64,000 bases of DNA from an uncultured Lachnospiraceae bacterium (GCA_964579795.1 CAZOHM010000012.1:244-64243); one strand, 5' to 3'. Shown: positions 27,114-36,372, counted from the stretch's first letter. Notes: a model not told the origin generated them from the letters alone. A program made the numbers and translations.

Positions 27114-28277
27114 ATGGTAACGGGAAGCAAAGAATTAATTCGAGATATCAATTCTCATCTTGTACTTGAAACAGTTTTAAACGAAGGACCCATTTCACGT
27201 GCTACAATATCCAACAAGCTTGGTCTTACAAAAGCAACCATTTCTACAATTGTTGCTGATTTGATAGAAAAACATCTAATCCGCGAAATCGGAAGTGATG
27301 ACACCTCTCTTGGACGTAAACCGATTCTTCTTGAGTTTTGCAAAGAAAACGGACATATTATATCAATTGATCTTGGAGTGGATACAATTACAATCTTTAC
27401 ATCCGATTTGAAAGGAAATGACTGTGGACTCAAACAATATGAAAATCATTTTTCCCGCTATACAATCCTTGAAAATCTGACCACTCTGATAGAGCAGACA
27501 ATCAGAGAGCTTCCTGCAACTGTCTTTGGTGTTGTAAGTATCTGTATCGGTATCCATGGTACCATTCATAATAATCAAATTACCTTTACTCCATATTATA
27601 ACTATGACCAGCTTCCTTTTGCTGAATCTCTTGAGGAGTATTTTCATATTCCTGTACTGCTTGAAAACGAAGCTAATCTTTCCGTTATCGGAGAGAAATC
27701 ATTTTGCTATAATGTCCCGAATATGATAGGCATTAGTATTCATTCCGGTATCGGTATCGGAATTATTATTAATAACAATCTGTATACCGGTTTCAATGGA
27801 AATGCAGGCGAATTTGGTCATTCCATTATTGCTGCCAACGGACGCAGCTGTCCTTGTGGAAACAAAGGCTGTCTTGAGCAGTATGCTTCTGAACGCGCCA
27901 TTTTACACGATTATGCAAAGCTCAAAGGCATTCCAAGTGTGGATATTAACACGTTTATTGCAAAATATGCTGCCGGAGATCCTACTGCAGTTACAATGAC
28001 AGAACAATTCATTAGCTATATTTCTGTCGGCATTAATAATCTGTTAAATATCTTTAATCCGGAAGTTATTGTAATCAACAGTTCTTTTACCATGTATATT
28101 CCTGATGTAATCACTAAAATAGATCAGCAATTAAAAAACCGGATGAACAAGTACTGCTCTCTCGTTCCATCCGGTCTACAGGATATTTCCATATTACTTG
28201 GAGGTGTCTGTGTCTGTATTAAACACTTTCTCGGCGTTAATTACTTAGAACCAAACAGTACCTTCACTGTAGGATAA
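27114..28277 (+). CDS. ROK-family transcriptional repressor (XylR-like)
   Basis: N-terminal wHTH (ISRATISNKLGLTKATISTIVADL), ROK glycine-rich motifs and the zinc motif CPCGNKGCLE. ATG at 27114 lies 7 nt after GAGGAG. Confidence 0.85.
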   Translation: MVTGSKELIRDINSHLVLETVLNEGPISRATISNKLGLTKATISTIVADLIEKHLIREIGSDDTSLGRKPILLEFCKENGHIISIDLGVDTITIFTSDLKGNDCGLKQYENHFSRYTILENLTTLIEQTIRELPATVFGVVSICIGIHGTIHNNQITFTPYYNYDQLPFAESLEEYFHIPVLLENEANLSVIGEKSFCYNVPNMIGISIHSGIGIGIIINNNLYTGFNGNAGEFGHSIIAANGRSCPCGNKGCLEQYASERAILHDYAKLKGIPSVDINTFIAKYAAGDPTAVTMTEQFISYISVGINNLLNIFNPEVIVINSSFTMYIPDVITKIDQQLKNRMNKYCSLVPSGLQDISILLGGVCVCIKHFLGVNYLEPNSTFTVG

Positions 28278-29707
28278 AGGCACTTGAACTCCTGATATCT
28301 CTCTTCGTATTTCGCCGTCAGCTCTGCATCCGGCTCTACTGTGCCAACTACCTTTACAAGCTTACTGGCAGCTTCCTCTACAGATGCAAATTCTCCACAT
28401 CCGACAGCAGCTAGAATAGCTCCGCCATATCCCGGTCCTTCTTCTGATTCGATTACTTCTACCTTGATTCCAAGAACATTAGCCATAATTTTCTTCCAAA
28501 GAGAACTCTTAGCACCGCCTCCACATATTTTCGTTTTTTCTATTTTAATACCAAGTGATTTTGCTACCTCAAAGGAATCTCTGATACCAAATGCAACACC
28601 CTCAAGCACAGCCTGTGTCATGTCTGCTCTCGAAGTATCCATTGACATGCCAATGAACATAGCACGTGCATCCGGATTGTTGTGAGGAGAACGTTCTCCC
28701 ATTAAATAAGGAAGAAAGAACACGTGATTTTCACCAAGCTTCTGTATTGATTCCTGCTCTTTTCCATATTCTTTTGTTCCAACAATATCCTCCATCCACC
28801 ATTTATTACATGACGCTGCACTCAGCATGCAGCCCATCAGATGATAATGTCCGTCAGCATGTGCAAATGCATGTAATGCATTATGCTCATCCACACAGAA
28901 ATCTTTACTGGAAATAAAGATTGTACCGCTTGTTCCAAGTGAAATATTACACATTCCGTCGCCAACTGTTCCTGTTCCAACAGCAGCTGCTGCGTTATCT
29001 CCGGCTCCTGCAATAATCTTTACATTCTCAGAAAAACCAAGTTCCCCTACAAGCTCAGGCTTTAATGTGCCGACAACCTCATAGCTCTCAAAAATCTTGG
29101 CAAGCTGCTCTTCTTTTACTCCACAGATTTCCATCATTTCTTTTGACCAGCATTTATTCTTTACATCGAATAACAGCATACCTGATGCGTCTGAAACATC
29201 TGTGCAATGAACACCTGATAATTTGTAAGCAATGAAATCCTTTGGAAGCATAATCTTGCTGATTTTCGAAAACAGCTCCGGCTCATTTGTCTTCATCCAA
29301 AGCAGCTTTGGTGCAGTAAACCCTGCAAAAGCAATGTTTGCTGTGTACTGAGAAAGCTTATCCTTTCCGATAACAGTATTCAGGTACTCGGTTTCCTTTC
29401 CAGTTCTTCCATCATTCCAGAGAATTGCCGGACGAATAACCTGATCATTCTCATCAAGCACTACTAATCCGTGCATCTGTCCTCCAAAGCTGATGCCTGC
29501 TATCTGTGACTTGTTACACTCCGCAGTCAGCTCCTTCAAGCCGGCAATCGTTTGTGTCCACCAATCCTCCGGCTTCTGTTCAGACCAGCCGGGATGTGGA
29601 AAGCTGATTGGATATTCCTTTGAAACAATCTTTTCAATAGTTCCATTCTGATTCATCAGCAGCATTTTTACTGCTGACGTTCCTAAATCCACTCCAATAT
29701 ACAGCAT
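28241..29707 (-). CDS. xylB: Xylulokinase (FGGY family)
   Basis: MLYIGVDLGTSAVK N-terminus and FGGY motifs (GGGAKSSLW). ATG at 29707 with an AGGGAGG RBS. Its 3' end overlaps the convergent ROK gene by 37 nt. Confidence 0.88.
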   Translation of the reverse strand: MLYIGVDLGTSAVKMLLMNQNGTIEKIVSKEYPISFPHPGWSEQKPEDWWTQTIAGLKELTAECNKSQIAGISFGGQMHGLVVLDENDQVIRPAILWNDGRTGKETEYLNTVIGKDKLSQYTANIAFAGFTAPKLLWMKTNEPELFSKISKIMLPKDFIAYKLSGVHCTDVSDASGMLLFDVKNKCWSKEMMEICGVKEEQLAKIFESYEVVGTLKPELVGELGFSENVKIIAGAGDNAAAAVGTGTVGDGMCNISLGTSGTIFISSKDFCVDEHNALHAFAHADGHYHLMGCMLSAASCNKWWMEDIVGTKEYGKEQESIQKLGENHVFFLPYLMGERSPHNNPDARAMFIGMSMDTSRADMTQAVLEGVAFGIRDSFEVAKSLGIKIEKTKICGGGAKSSLWKKIMANVLGIKVEVIESEEGPGYGGAILAAVGCGEFASVEEAASKLVKVVGTVEPDAELTAKYEERYQEFKCLYPTVKVLFGSK

Positions 29708-29736
29708 ATATATCCTCCCTTTTCTCAAAAATCCAC

Positions 29737-29753
29737 TTAGTTTAGTCACTGAA
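29737..29753. promoter_or_regulatory. 17-mer TTAGTTTAGTCACTGAA upstream of xylB (candidate ROK operator)
   Basis: Inverted copy of the 26963-26979 motif (15/17). Lies 30 nt upstream of the xylB start codon. Confidence 0.6.
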
Positions 29754-29895
29754 TTATATTGGTTTAAGCGTACTACATACCTTACCGTTTGTCAATCAGT
29801 TTTCCCCCTTTTGCTCGTAGTATTTGCAGTTCTGTACAAATATGATATACTATGTTAATTGTGACGAAATATCAGATATACAAAGGAGAATTACT

Positions 29896-31005
29896 ATGGA
29901 TGAAATCGGTGGTGTTTTAATTCTATTATTGCTTTTTGCTGCCCCTGTTGCACTTGTCATTATGGACATTGTTTTCTTTGTAAAAAAGAAAGAAACCGGC
30001 ATTTTTGAATGTATTGCATTCTTAATTGCAGGCATTTACTTTATATTGGGATACTGCTTATGGGATTTACCCGGATATCAGGCTCCTCTGAATGTTTATG
30101 GATCTTCATCGGCACATGAGCCGTTTAACAGCGAGAACAGCCTTACATTATTTGTTTTGATTCTTTTTGGATTTATATGCTATTTGTTGCTTAAATTCCT
30201 TCGTAAGAAGCTTCCCCCTCTTGCAGAGGTCATTTTACTTGGCGGGGTTTATAGCAGCTGTATCGTCCAGCTAGTAGCCATATTTCAGTTAATGTGCGGT
30301 CCGCATCCCGAAGGTGTATATTCATCAGGAGATGACTACTTTTTCATTTTATGCCTCTGCCTTGTTCCATTCATATTTTTTATTCATGTTATAGAATTGA
30401 TGGTCAAGCTGACATACGAAAAAGCTGAAAAACAGTTAACGGTTCACTACGATAACCCTGTTTTGCAAAAATTGAATCTCTGGTTCTTGCAGGGTTCGAA
30501 TTTGTTTCTTGGTGCTGTCATTGCTCTGCTTCCTATTCTTGTAATATTAATCATGATTCTGTGTCTGTTCGGTCAGCAGCCTGACAGCATCATATTAACC
30601 TTTACAAAAACGAGCGACTGGATTCTATCTAAGGAAGTATCTCCACCGCCTGTAGAATATGATGAGCACTATTTATGTACTGTTTCATTGCGTGGACATA
30701 AAAGGATTGTAAAGCCTATTCGGTGTGGTATTCGAAAAGGTCGAAAAATCATTGTAAACAGACAGCTCTGTGTTGCAAATGCGTTTGAGCAGCTGATTAT
30801 GGAAAAAACGCCCCGTATTCACCATGCCATCAGATCCTTTTATGACAAATACGGATACCCACTTTCCAGACATATTAACAGTGCATGGAGTGCCGATCTT
30901 ACATATTTTATTATGAAGCCGTTAGAGTGGATATTTGTTGTAATCCTGTATCTGTTTGATACTGACCCAGAAACACGTATTTGTAAACAATATCTGCCTA
31001 ATTAG
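29896..31005 (+). CDS. Polytopic membrane protein of unknown function with a basic, Cys-containing C-terminal soluble domain
   Basis: About 369 aa from ATG 29896 (AAGGAG 7 nt upstream). Multiple hydrophobic helices, then HYLCTVSLRGHKRIVKPIRCGIRKGRKIIVNRQLCV. Confidence 0.55.
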   Translation: MDEIGGVLILLLLFAAPVALVIMDIVFFVKKKETGIFECIAFLIAGIYFILGYCLWDLPGYQAPLNVYGSSSAHEPFNSENSLTLFVLILFGFICYLLLKFLRKKLPPLAEVILLGGVYSSCIVQLVAIFQLMCGPHPEGVYSSGDDYFFILCLCLVPFIFFIHVIELMVKLTYEKAEKQLTVHYDNPVLQKLNLWFLQGSNLFLGAVIALLPILVILIMILCLFGQQPDSIILTFTKTSDWILSKEVSPPPVEYDEHYLCTVSLRGHKRIVKPIRCGIRKGRKIIVNRQLCVANAFEQLIMEKTPRIHHAIRSFYDKYGYPLSRHINSAWSADLTYFIMKPLEWIFVVILYLFDTDPETRICKQYLPN

Positions 31006-31028
31006 TACTAGTTTGAGGAGAATATATT

Positions 31029-32396
31029 ATGGAAGAAAACAAAATGGGCACTATGCCCGTCAAAAAATTACTGATTTCCATGTCACTGCCTATGATGATT
31101 TCTATGCTGGTACAGGCATTATACAATGTAGTAGACAGTATTTTTGTTTCACGTATATGTGAAGATGCCCTTACTGCTGTTTCACTGGCATTTCCACTGC
31201 AAAGTCTGATGATAGCCCTTGGTGCAGGTATGGGTGTTGGTGTCAACGCACTGCTTTCCAAATCATTGGGAGAAAAAGACTATGATCGTGTAAATGCATG
31301 TGCAACAAATGGTGTCTTTCTATCATTCATCTGTTATGTTATTTTCTTTATTCTTGGTCTTTCCATCGTCAGACCCTTTTATGAAAGTCAGACATCGGAT
31401 CCGGAAATCATAGCTTTTGGTATTCAGTACCTGACAATTGTCTGTTGCTGTTCATTCGGTATGTATACACAGTTTATTTTCGAACGGCTGCTTCAATCGA
31501 CCGGCCGTACATTTTATTCGATGATTACACAGTCTGTTGGCGCCATCATCAATATGATATTTGATCCGATATTAATCTTTGGTCTGTTCGGTGCGCCAAA
31601 GCTTGGTGTTAGCGGTGCAGCCATTGCCACTGTGTTTGGTCAGATTGTTGCCGGAATTCTTGCTATCATCATCAATCATAAAAAGAACATAGACGTGAAG
31701 ATGCAGATAAAAGGATTTCGTCCAAACATGACGATTATTGGTCATATTTTTGCCGTTGGTCTTCCTTCTATTATCATGCAGTCGATTGGCTCCATCATGG
31801 TATATGGGATGAACCGAATACTAATTGTCTTTTCTTCTACATCGACAGCAGTTTTCGGTGTTTATTTCAAGCTGCAAAGCTTCATATTCTTACCTGTCTT
31901 TGGTCTGAATAATGGCATGGTACCTATTATTTCATACAATTATGGTGCGCAGAAGAAAAAACGCCTTGTCGATACGATTAAGTTAAGTATTGTTTATGCT
32001 GAGCTTCTGATGTTTATTGGTGTTCTTATTTTTCAGATATTTCCGGCACAGCTGTTTCAGATGTTTGATGCTTCTGACCATATGCTTAGCATGGGGGTTC
32101 CTGCACTTCGTATTATCAGCATTCACTTTTTACTTGCCGGCTTCTGCATTGTCTGTGGATCGTCCTTTCAGGCTCTTGGAAACGGCGTTTACAGCATGCT
32201 CGTATCAATCACAAGACAGCTTGTTGTCCTGCTCCCGGCCGCCTACCTGCTGTCACGTATCGGAAAAGTTGATTATGTATGGTGGGCATTCCCTATTGCT
32301 GAGTTAAGCTCTCTTGCCATTACTACCTTCTTTATGTTCCGGATAAATCAAAAGGTAATCAAACATATCGGCGAATCCGTTTCTGACTCACATTGA
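31029..32396 (+). CDS. MATE-family efflux transporter
   Basis: 455 aa, 12-TM pattern. N-terminal PVKKLLISMSLPMMISMLVQALYNVVDSIFV is typical of MATE/NorM. Confidence 0.9.
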   Translation: MEENKMGTMPVKKLLISMSLPMMISMLVQALYNVVDSIFVSRICEDALTAVSLAFPLQSLMIALGAGMGVGVNALLSKSLGEKDYDRVNACATNGVFLSFICYVIFFILGLSIVRPFYESQTSDPEIIAFGIQYLTIVCCCSFGMYTQFIFERLLQSTGRTFYSMITQSVGAIINMIFDPILIFGLFGAPKLGVSGAAIATVFGQIVAGILAIIINHKKNIDVKMQIKGFRPNMTIIGHIFAVGLPSIIMQSIGSIMVYGMNRILIVFSSTSTAVFGVYFKLQSFIFLPVFGLNNGMVPIISYNYGAQKKKRLVDTIKLSIVYAELLMFIGVLIFQIFPAQLFQMFDASDHMLSMGVPALRIISIHFLLAGFCIVCGSSFQALGNGVYSMLVSITRQLVVLLPAAYLLSRIGKVDYVWWAFPIAELSSLAITTFFMFRINQKVIKHIGESVSDSH

Positions 32397-32464
32397 AAAT
32401 GATAAGTACATCATTTTGTATTTTTGCATAAACTAAAGCAGAATAAACTATTCTGTGAGGTATT

Positions 32465-33808
32465 ATGCAAACATTTAATCCATTTGAAGAAAAACCGTTA
32501 CCAATAGAAAAAATATTTATGGACTGGGATACCATTTATCCCCGTCCATATAATAAAGAAACAACAAATCCTTATACCAAATGTCGGATTGTTCTGATGA
32601 ATGGTACAGAGTTTGAAGCGCAATGGTTCAGCCGAAACTTTTCCAGACACTGCTGTAATGATGATTTGCGTCGTGAACTGGCTCTTGTACGACGAAGTGA
32701 ACAGCAGCAGCAAAAACGAATCAGCTGTCTGAAACCAAAAAATGAATCTATTCTGGAGCATACAATTACGTATGAACAGCTTGCTGTTGATCTGACTGCA
32801 GTACTTGCAAAGCAGGAAACAGACTGTAATGTCAAAAACGCCTTGAATTTTGCATTACTTGAGGATTTTGATCATCTGTACCGATATTCTAATCTTCTCG
32901 ATTATGAATACAATATCTGTCCTGAAAAGCTTGTCGGAGGCTATACAGAAATTACTCCGGCAAGACCAACCATATCTGAACATCGCTATCCTCTTGACAG
33001 TATCTTTCAACATATTAACAACCACACCGCCTCAACAAAAACAAAACTGAACATTAATACAATTACAGCTGCAGAGCAGCAAACAATGAATTACTATATG
33101 AATGTTGCTGCCTTCTATGACCGCTCTGATCTCGGGCGCAGATTATATCAGGAAATCGGACTTATTGAAGAAGAACATGTAAGTCAGTATGAAAGCTTAA
33201 AGGATCCAAATGCAACCTGGCTGGAAGACCTGTTAATGCATGAATATACTGAATGTTATCTATATTTCTCCTGCATGCAGTCAGAATGCGATTCATATAT
33301 TAAACGGATTTGGGAACAATGTCTCCTGCAGGAAATTACTCATCTTCATATGGCAGCCTCTCTGCTGCAAAAATATGAGCAAAAGGATTGGATGCAGGTC
33401 ATTCCAAATGGGGATTTCCCTGAACTTTTAGTACTTCATCCAAACATTGAATATGTAAGAGAAATCATAAGAACTACAACTGGAAACACACAGCTGCTGG
33501 AGCATGTCGTACCTTTGGCTGAGCTTTCTCCTTCCTCATACTTTTATGAGTATCAGAATATCATGAATCACAATCTCAACAGTGTTGCAAGCCACAATGT
33601 AATTACTCAGCGTATATCAAACCGCGGGAATGACTATCGATTTGAAACAGCACCGAATCCTATACCGGAGCTGCAAAACCGTCATTGTGATAACACGAGT
33701 CTTGCAAGAATTAGTCAGGCAACCCCTTCAAGTACACAAATTTGCGGTACTTCTGAGGGCTGCTGCAAATGCACAGTCAAAACAGATCATACAATTGTTG
33801 CCTTCTAG
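32465..33808 (+). CDS. Hypothetical protein with ferritin-like / di-iron-type ExxH motifs and a C-terminal Cys cluster
   Basis: 447 aa. Helical segments carry LLEDFDH, IEEEHVSQYE and LQEITHLH. C-terminus is QICGTSEGCCKC. Has a GTGAGG RBS. Confidence 0.45.
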   Translation: MQTFNPFEEKPLPIEKIFMDWDTIYPRPYNKETTNPYTKCRIVLMNGTEFEAQWFSRNFSRHCCNDDLRRELALVRRSEQQQQKRISCLKPKNESILEHTITYEQLAVDLTAVLAKQETDCNVKNALNFALLEDFDHLYRYSNLLDYEYNICPEKLVGGYTEITPARPTISEHRYPLDSIFQHINNHTASTKTKLNINTITAAEQQTMNYYMNVAAFYDRSDLGRRLYQEIGLIEEEHVSQYESLKDPNATWLEDLLMHEYTECYLYFSCMQSECDSYIKRIWEQCLLQEITHLHMAASLLQKYEQKDWMQVIPNGDFPELLVLHPNIEYVREIIRTTTGNTQLLEHVVPLAELSPSSYFYEYQNIMNHNLNSVASHNVITQRISNRGNDYRFETAPNPIPELQNRHCDNTSLARISQATPSSTQICGTSEGCCKCTVKTDHTIVAF

Positions 33809-33827
33809 ATAAATTCTTCCTAATATA

Positions 33828-33883
33828 TTGACATTTAAAATAACTCTGTTATACTTTAATTGTTCTATATAGATATGTTCTAT
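33828..33883 (+). promoter_or_regulatory. Promoter of the MarR/PNPOx pair with GTTCTAT direct repeats
   Basis: TTGACA(33828-33833)-16 nt-TATACT(33850-33855). GTTCTAT at 33862-33868 and 33877-33883 flank the palindrome CTATATAG. Confidence 0.6.
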
Positions 33884-33901
33884 TTGGATAGGAAGTGACT
33901 A

Positions 33902-34366
33902 ATGAACACAAAAGGCGGATTTTATATTTCACAGATTAAACAGCTGCAGGATAGAATCTTTGATAAGCTACTGAATGATCACGGGTTACAGATCAGTGGA
34001 GGACAGGGAAGAATTTTGTTTATCCTGTGGAAGCAGGATCATCAGACAGTCAGCGACATCAGTGCAGCGACATCACTTGCCAAAAATACCGTTTCCATTG
34101 TTCTTGACGGTATGGTAGCAAAGGGCATTGTCAAAAGGCAAATCAATCCGAACAACCGTCGTCAGACAATCATCTCCCTGACCGATTATGCCAGAACCAT
34201 GCAAAAGGAATACGAGGATATTTCCAATCAGATGGGTGAGCTTTTCTATGCCGGATTTTCCGACAAGGATATCAAAGCATTCGAAGCATATTTAGAGAGA
34301 ATTCTATCCACACTACAGCAAAATGAAAAAGGAGACAATTATGGCAACGAAAGAGGAAATTTTTAA
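33902..34366 (+). CDS. MarR-family transcriptional regulator
   Basis: 154 aa. wHTH core VSDISAATSLAKNTVSIVLDGMVAKGIVKRQINPNNRRQTIISLT. Confidence 0.85.
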   Translation: MNTKGGFYISQIKQLQDRIFDKLLNDHGLQISGGQGRILFILWKQDHQTVSDISAATSLAKNTVSIVLDGMVAKGIVKRQINPNNRRQTIISLTDYARTMQKEYEDISNQMGELFYAGFSDKDIKAFEAYLERILSTLQQNEKGDNYGNERGNF

Positions 34367-34757
34367 CTTTATTAAAAAGCAAAAAACAGCATTTATTGCA
34401 TCCGTAGACAGCGATGGCTTCCCTAATTTGAAAGCAATGAATATGCCACGCAAAATTGAAGGAAATGATTTTTACTTTTCCACAAATACCTCTTCTATGC
34501 GTGTTGCACAGTATCGTGAGAATCCAAAAGCAAGCATTTACTTTTATAACAAGGGACGGTTTCGCTATGAAGGAGTCGGTCTTGTTGGCACAATGGAAGT
34601 AATGGAGGATCAGGAAATCAAAAGTGCCTGCTGGGAGACAGGGGATAAGATGTATTATCCAAAGGGTGTTACAGATCCTGATTATTGTATATTAAAATTT
34701 ACAGCTGTAAAGGGCAGACGCTATTGCAGTTTCAAAAAAGAAGATATCATTTTTTAG
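34341..34757 (+). CDS. Pyridoxamine 5'-phosphate oxidase-family (FMN-binding split-barrel) protein
   Basis: ATKEEIFNFIKKQKTAFIASVDSDGFPNLKAM is a typical PNPOx-like N-terminus. ATG at 34341 follows AAGGAG. Overlaps the MarR 3' end. Confidence 0.8.
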   Translation: MATKEEIFNFIKKQKTAFIASVDSDGFPNLKAMNMPRKIEGNDFYFSTNTSSMRVAQYRENPKASIYFYNKGRFRYEGVGLVGTMEVMEDQEIKSACWETGDKMYYPKGVTDPDYCILKFTAVKGRRYCSFKKEDIIF

Positions 34758-34835
34758 TTGACATTTCTGTTTGAAAAGATTACACTTCAAATATTCATAT
34801 GAAAAGGCTTTGAAAAGAAAAGTAAATAATGAAAT

Positions 34836-35120
34836 ATGTCACAGAGAGCTTCGCATGGTGAAAAGAAGCACAGAAAGCATTATTGAAAATGGTCTTGGAG
34901 CTGCGTACCGACTGCATTGTACATTCAATGTCATGCACAGGCTGCGAAGGGAACGCCCTTTATCGCGTCAGAGTATCGAATAGAGACAGCTGGCAGCTAT
35001 TCTGTACTTGTAGAGGTTCATGTTGTGAAATATGAATAAAATAAGGTGGTAACACGAAGCTTTAGCTTTCGTCCTTTATCTGTAGTTAATCTGCAGATAT
35101 CGGATGGAAGCTTTTTTTAT
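34836..35120 (+). promoter_or_regulatory. T-box leader (tRNA-sensing riboswitch) with intrinsic terminator, probable Met specifier
   Basis: Stem I elements AGAGAG (34843) and GGTGAAA (34857). T-box sequence AAGGTGGTAACACG (35043-35056). Terminator AGCTTTCGTCC (35064-35074) pairs with GGATGGAAGCT (35102-35112), then T7. An AUG followed by a purine lies in the candidate specifier loop at 34889-34892. Confidence 0.8.
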
Positions 35121-35152
35121 GCAAATTTCAATAAGAAGAAAGAGGTGAAAAC

Positions 35153-36067
35153 ATGCCAATTAAAATTCAAAGTGATTTACCAGCAAAAGAAATACTCGAA
35201 AACGAGAATATTTTTGTAATGGACGAAACCCGTGCATTATCGCAGAACATTCGTCCGCTTCAGCTCTGTATTCTGAACCTGATGCCCTTAAAGGAGGATG
35301 CAGAATTACATTTATTGCGGGCTTTTTCAAACACGCCGTTACAGGTTGAGCTTACATTTATGAATACAGGCAGCCATATATCCAGTCATACGTCCATAGC
35401 GCATTTAAACAAATTTTATAATACGTTTGAAGAGCTTCAAGACAGAAAGTTTGATGGGATGATTATTACCGGTACACCGGTGGAACATCTGGAATATGAG
35501 GAAGTAGATTATTGGCCGGAATTATGCAGCATTATGGAATGGAGCAAAACGCATGTAACATCCACGCTTCATATATGCTGGGGTGCTCAGGCAGGTGTAT
35601 ACTACCACTTTGGTCTGAAAAAAAAGCCGCTGAAAGAAAAACTCTTTGGCATCTATGCTCATAAGGTTTTTCAAAGAAAAGAACCACTTGTAAGAGGTTT
35701 CGATGACTATTTTATGGCTCCGCACAGTCGTTATACAGAAATAACCGCAGAAGATATCCATGCCTGCCAGGAGCTGACTGTGCTGGCGGAATCAGACGAA
35801 GCCGGTGTATTCCTTGCTACGGCACATGAAGGAAAGCAAATATTTGTTATGGGCCATCCGGAATACGACCGATATTCTCTTCACAATGAGTATATAAGAG
35901 ACAAGAATAAGGGATTATCCATTCAAATCCCTAAAAACTACTACCCAAATGATGACGTCACAAAAAAACCGGTGATGCAATGGCGTTCTCATTGTAACGG
36001 TCTGTATACAAACTGGCTGAATTACTATGTTTATCAGGCAACCCCATACGATATTATGAAAATTTAG
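35153..36067 (+). CDS. metA: Homoserine O-acyltransferase (MetA family)
   Basis: [23 protein letters not shown] ... LNLMP ... HICWGAQA motifs characteristic of MetA. AGAGGTG RBS. Confidence 0.92.
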   Translation: MPIKIQSDLPAKEILENENIFVMDETRALSQNIRPLQLCILNLMPLKEDAELHLLRAFSNTPLQVELTFMNTGSHISSHTSIAHLNKFYNTFEELQDRKFDGMIITGTPVEHLEYEEVDYWPELCSIMEWSKTHVTSTLHICWGAQAGVYYHFGLKKKPLKEKLFGIYAHKVFQRKEPLVRGFDDYFMAPHSRYTEITAEDIHACQELTVLAESDEAGVFLATAHEGKQIFVMGHPEYDRYSLHNEYIRDKNKGLSIQIPKNYYPNDDVTKKPVMQWRSHCNGLYTNWLNYYVYQATPYDIMKI

Positions 36068-36069
36068 CA

Positions 36070-36119
36070 CAAACAACGCGTTGTTTATACATAATTTGAA
36101 GCAAACAACGCGTTGTTTG
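36070..36119. repeat. Two tandem copies of the perfect palindrome CAAACAACGCGTTGTTT(G)
   Basis: Exact 17-nt copies at 36070-36086 and 36102-36118, 32 bp centre to centre. They lie between metA and the convergent PolC-like ORFs. Confidence 0.9.
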
Positions 36120-36372
36120 TTGCAAATATTTTGAATACATGATAAAAGACTTGAAAAATCTCTTCACACAATTCTCTATCTGACAGTTGACGATATTGAG
36201 GTTTACCTTGTTTTTTTTGTAATGTTGAGTCAGAATAAGCGCTGTGCACATCACAAATAAGCAGCCGGTGACTTTTCCCTTCTCCTGTCATATTAATAAT
36301 CATGGAACAGCTCATCGGCCGCTTCAGATTTTCCACCTGTAGCTCGTATCTTGGATTTTTAGTTACCAGCAT
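36085..36372 (-). CDS. Possible small ORF resembling the PolC C-terminal tail (weak)
   Basis: 95-aa ORF overlapping the upstream stop by 14 nt, with no clear RBS. NMTGEGKSHRLLI and QLSDRELCEEI ... NNALF loosely recall the PolC GLG/HhH and LSKEDL ... NQLSLF end. Its 3' end runs through the palindromes. Confidence 0.3.
   Translation of the reverse strand: MLVTKNPRYELQVENLKRPMSCSMIINMTGEGKSHRLLICDVHSAYSDSTLQKKQGKPQYRQLSDRELCEEIFQVFYHVFKIFATNNALFASNYV

Noticed and set aside
34771-34983. 70-aa plus-strand ORF between the PNPOx gene and metA
   Set aside because: It lies entirely within the T-box leader (Stem I region), has no RBS, and its sequence is explained by RNA structure elements.
34790-35150. 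Possible SAM-I (S-box) riboswitch upstream of metA
   Set aside because: I could not find the S-box conserved core. The GGTGGTAACACG T-box sequence and AGAGAG/GGTGAAA Stem I elements fit a T-box instead.
36054-36254. 66-aa minus-strand ORF across the tandem palindromes
   Set aside because: It has no RBS, its translation is implausible, and it overlaps the alternative 95-aa frame and the repeat elements.
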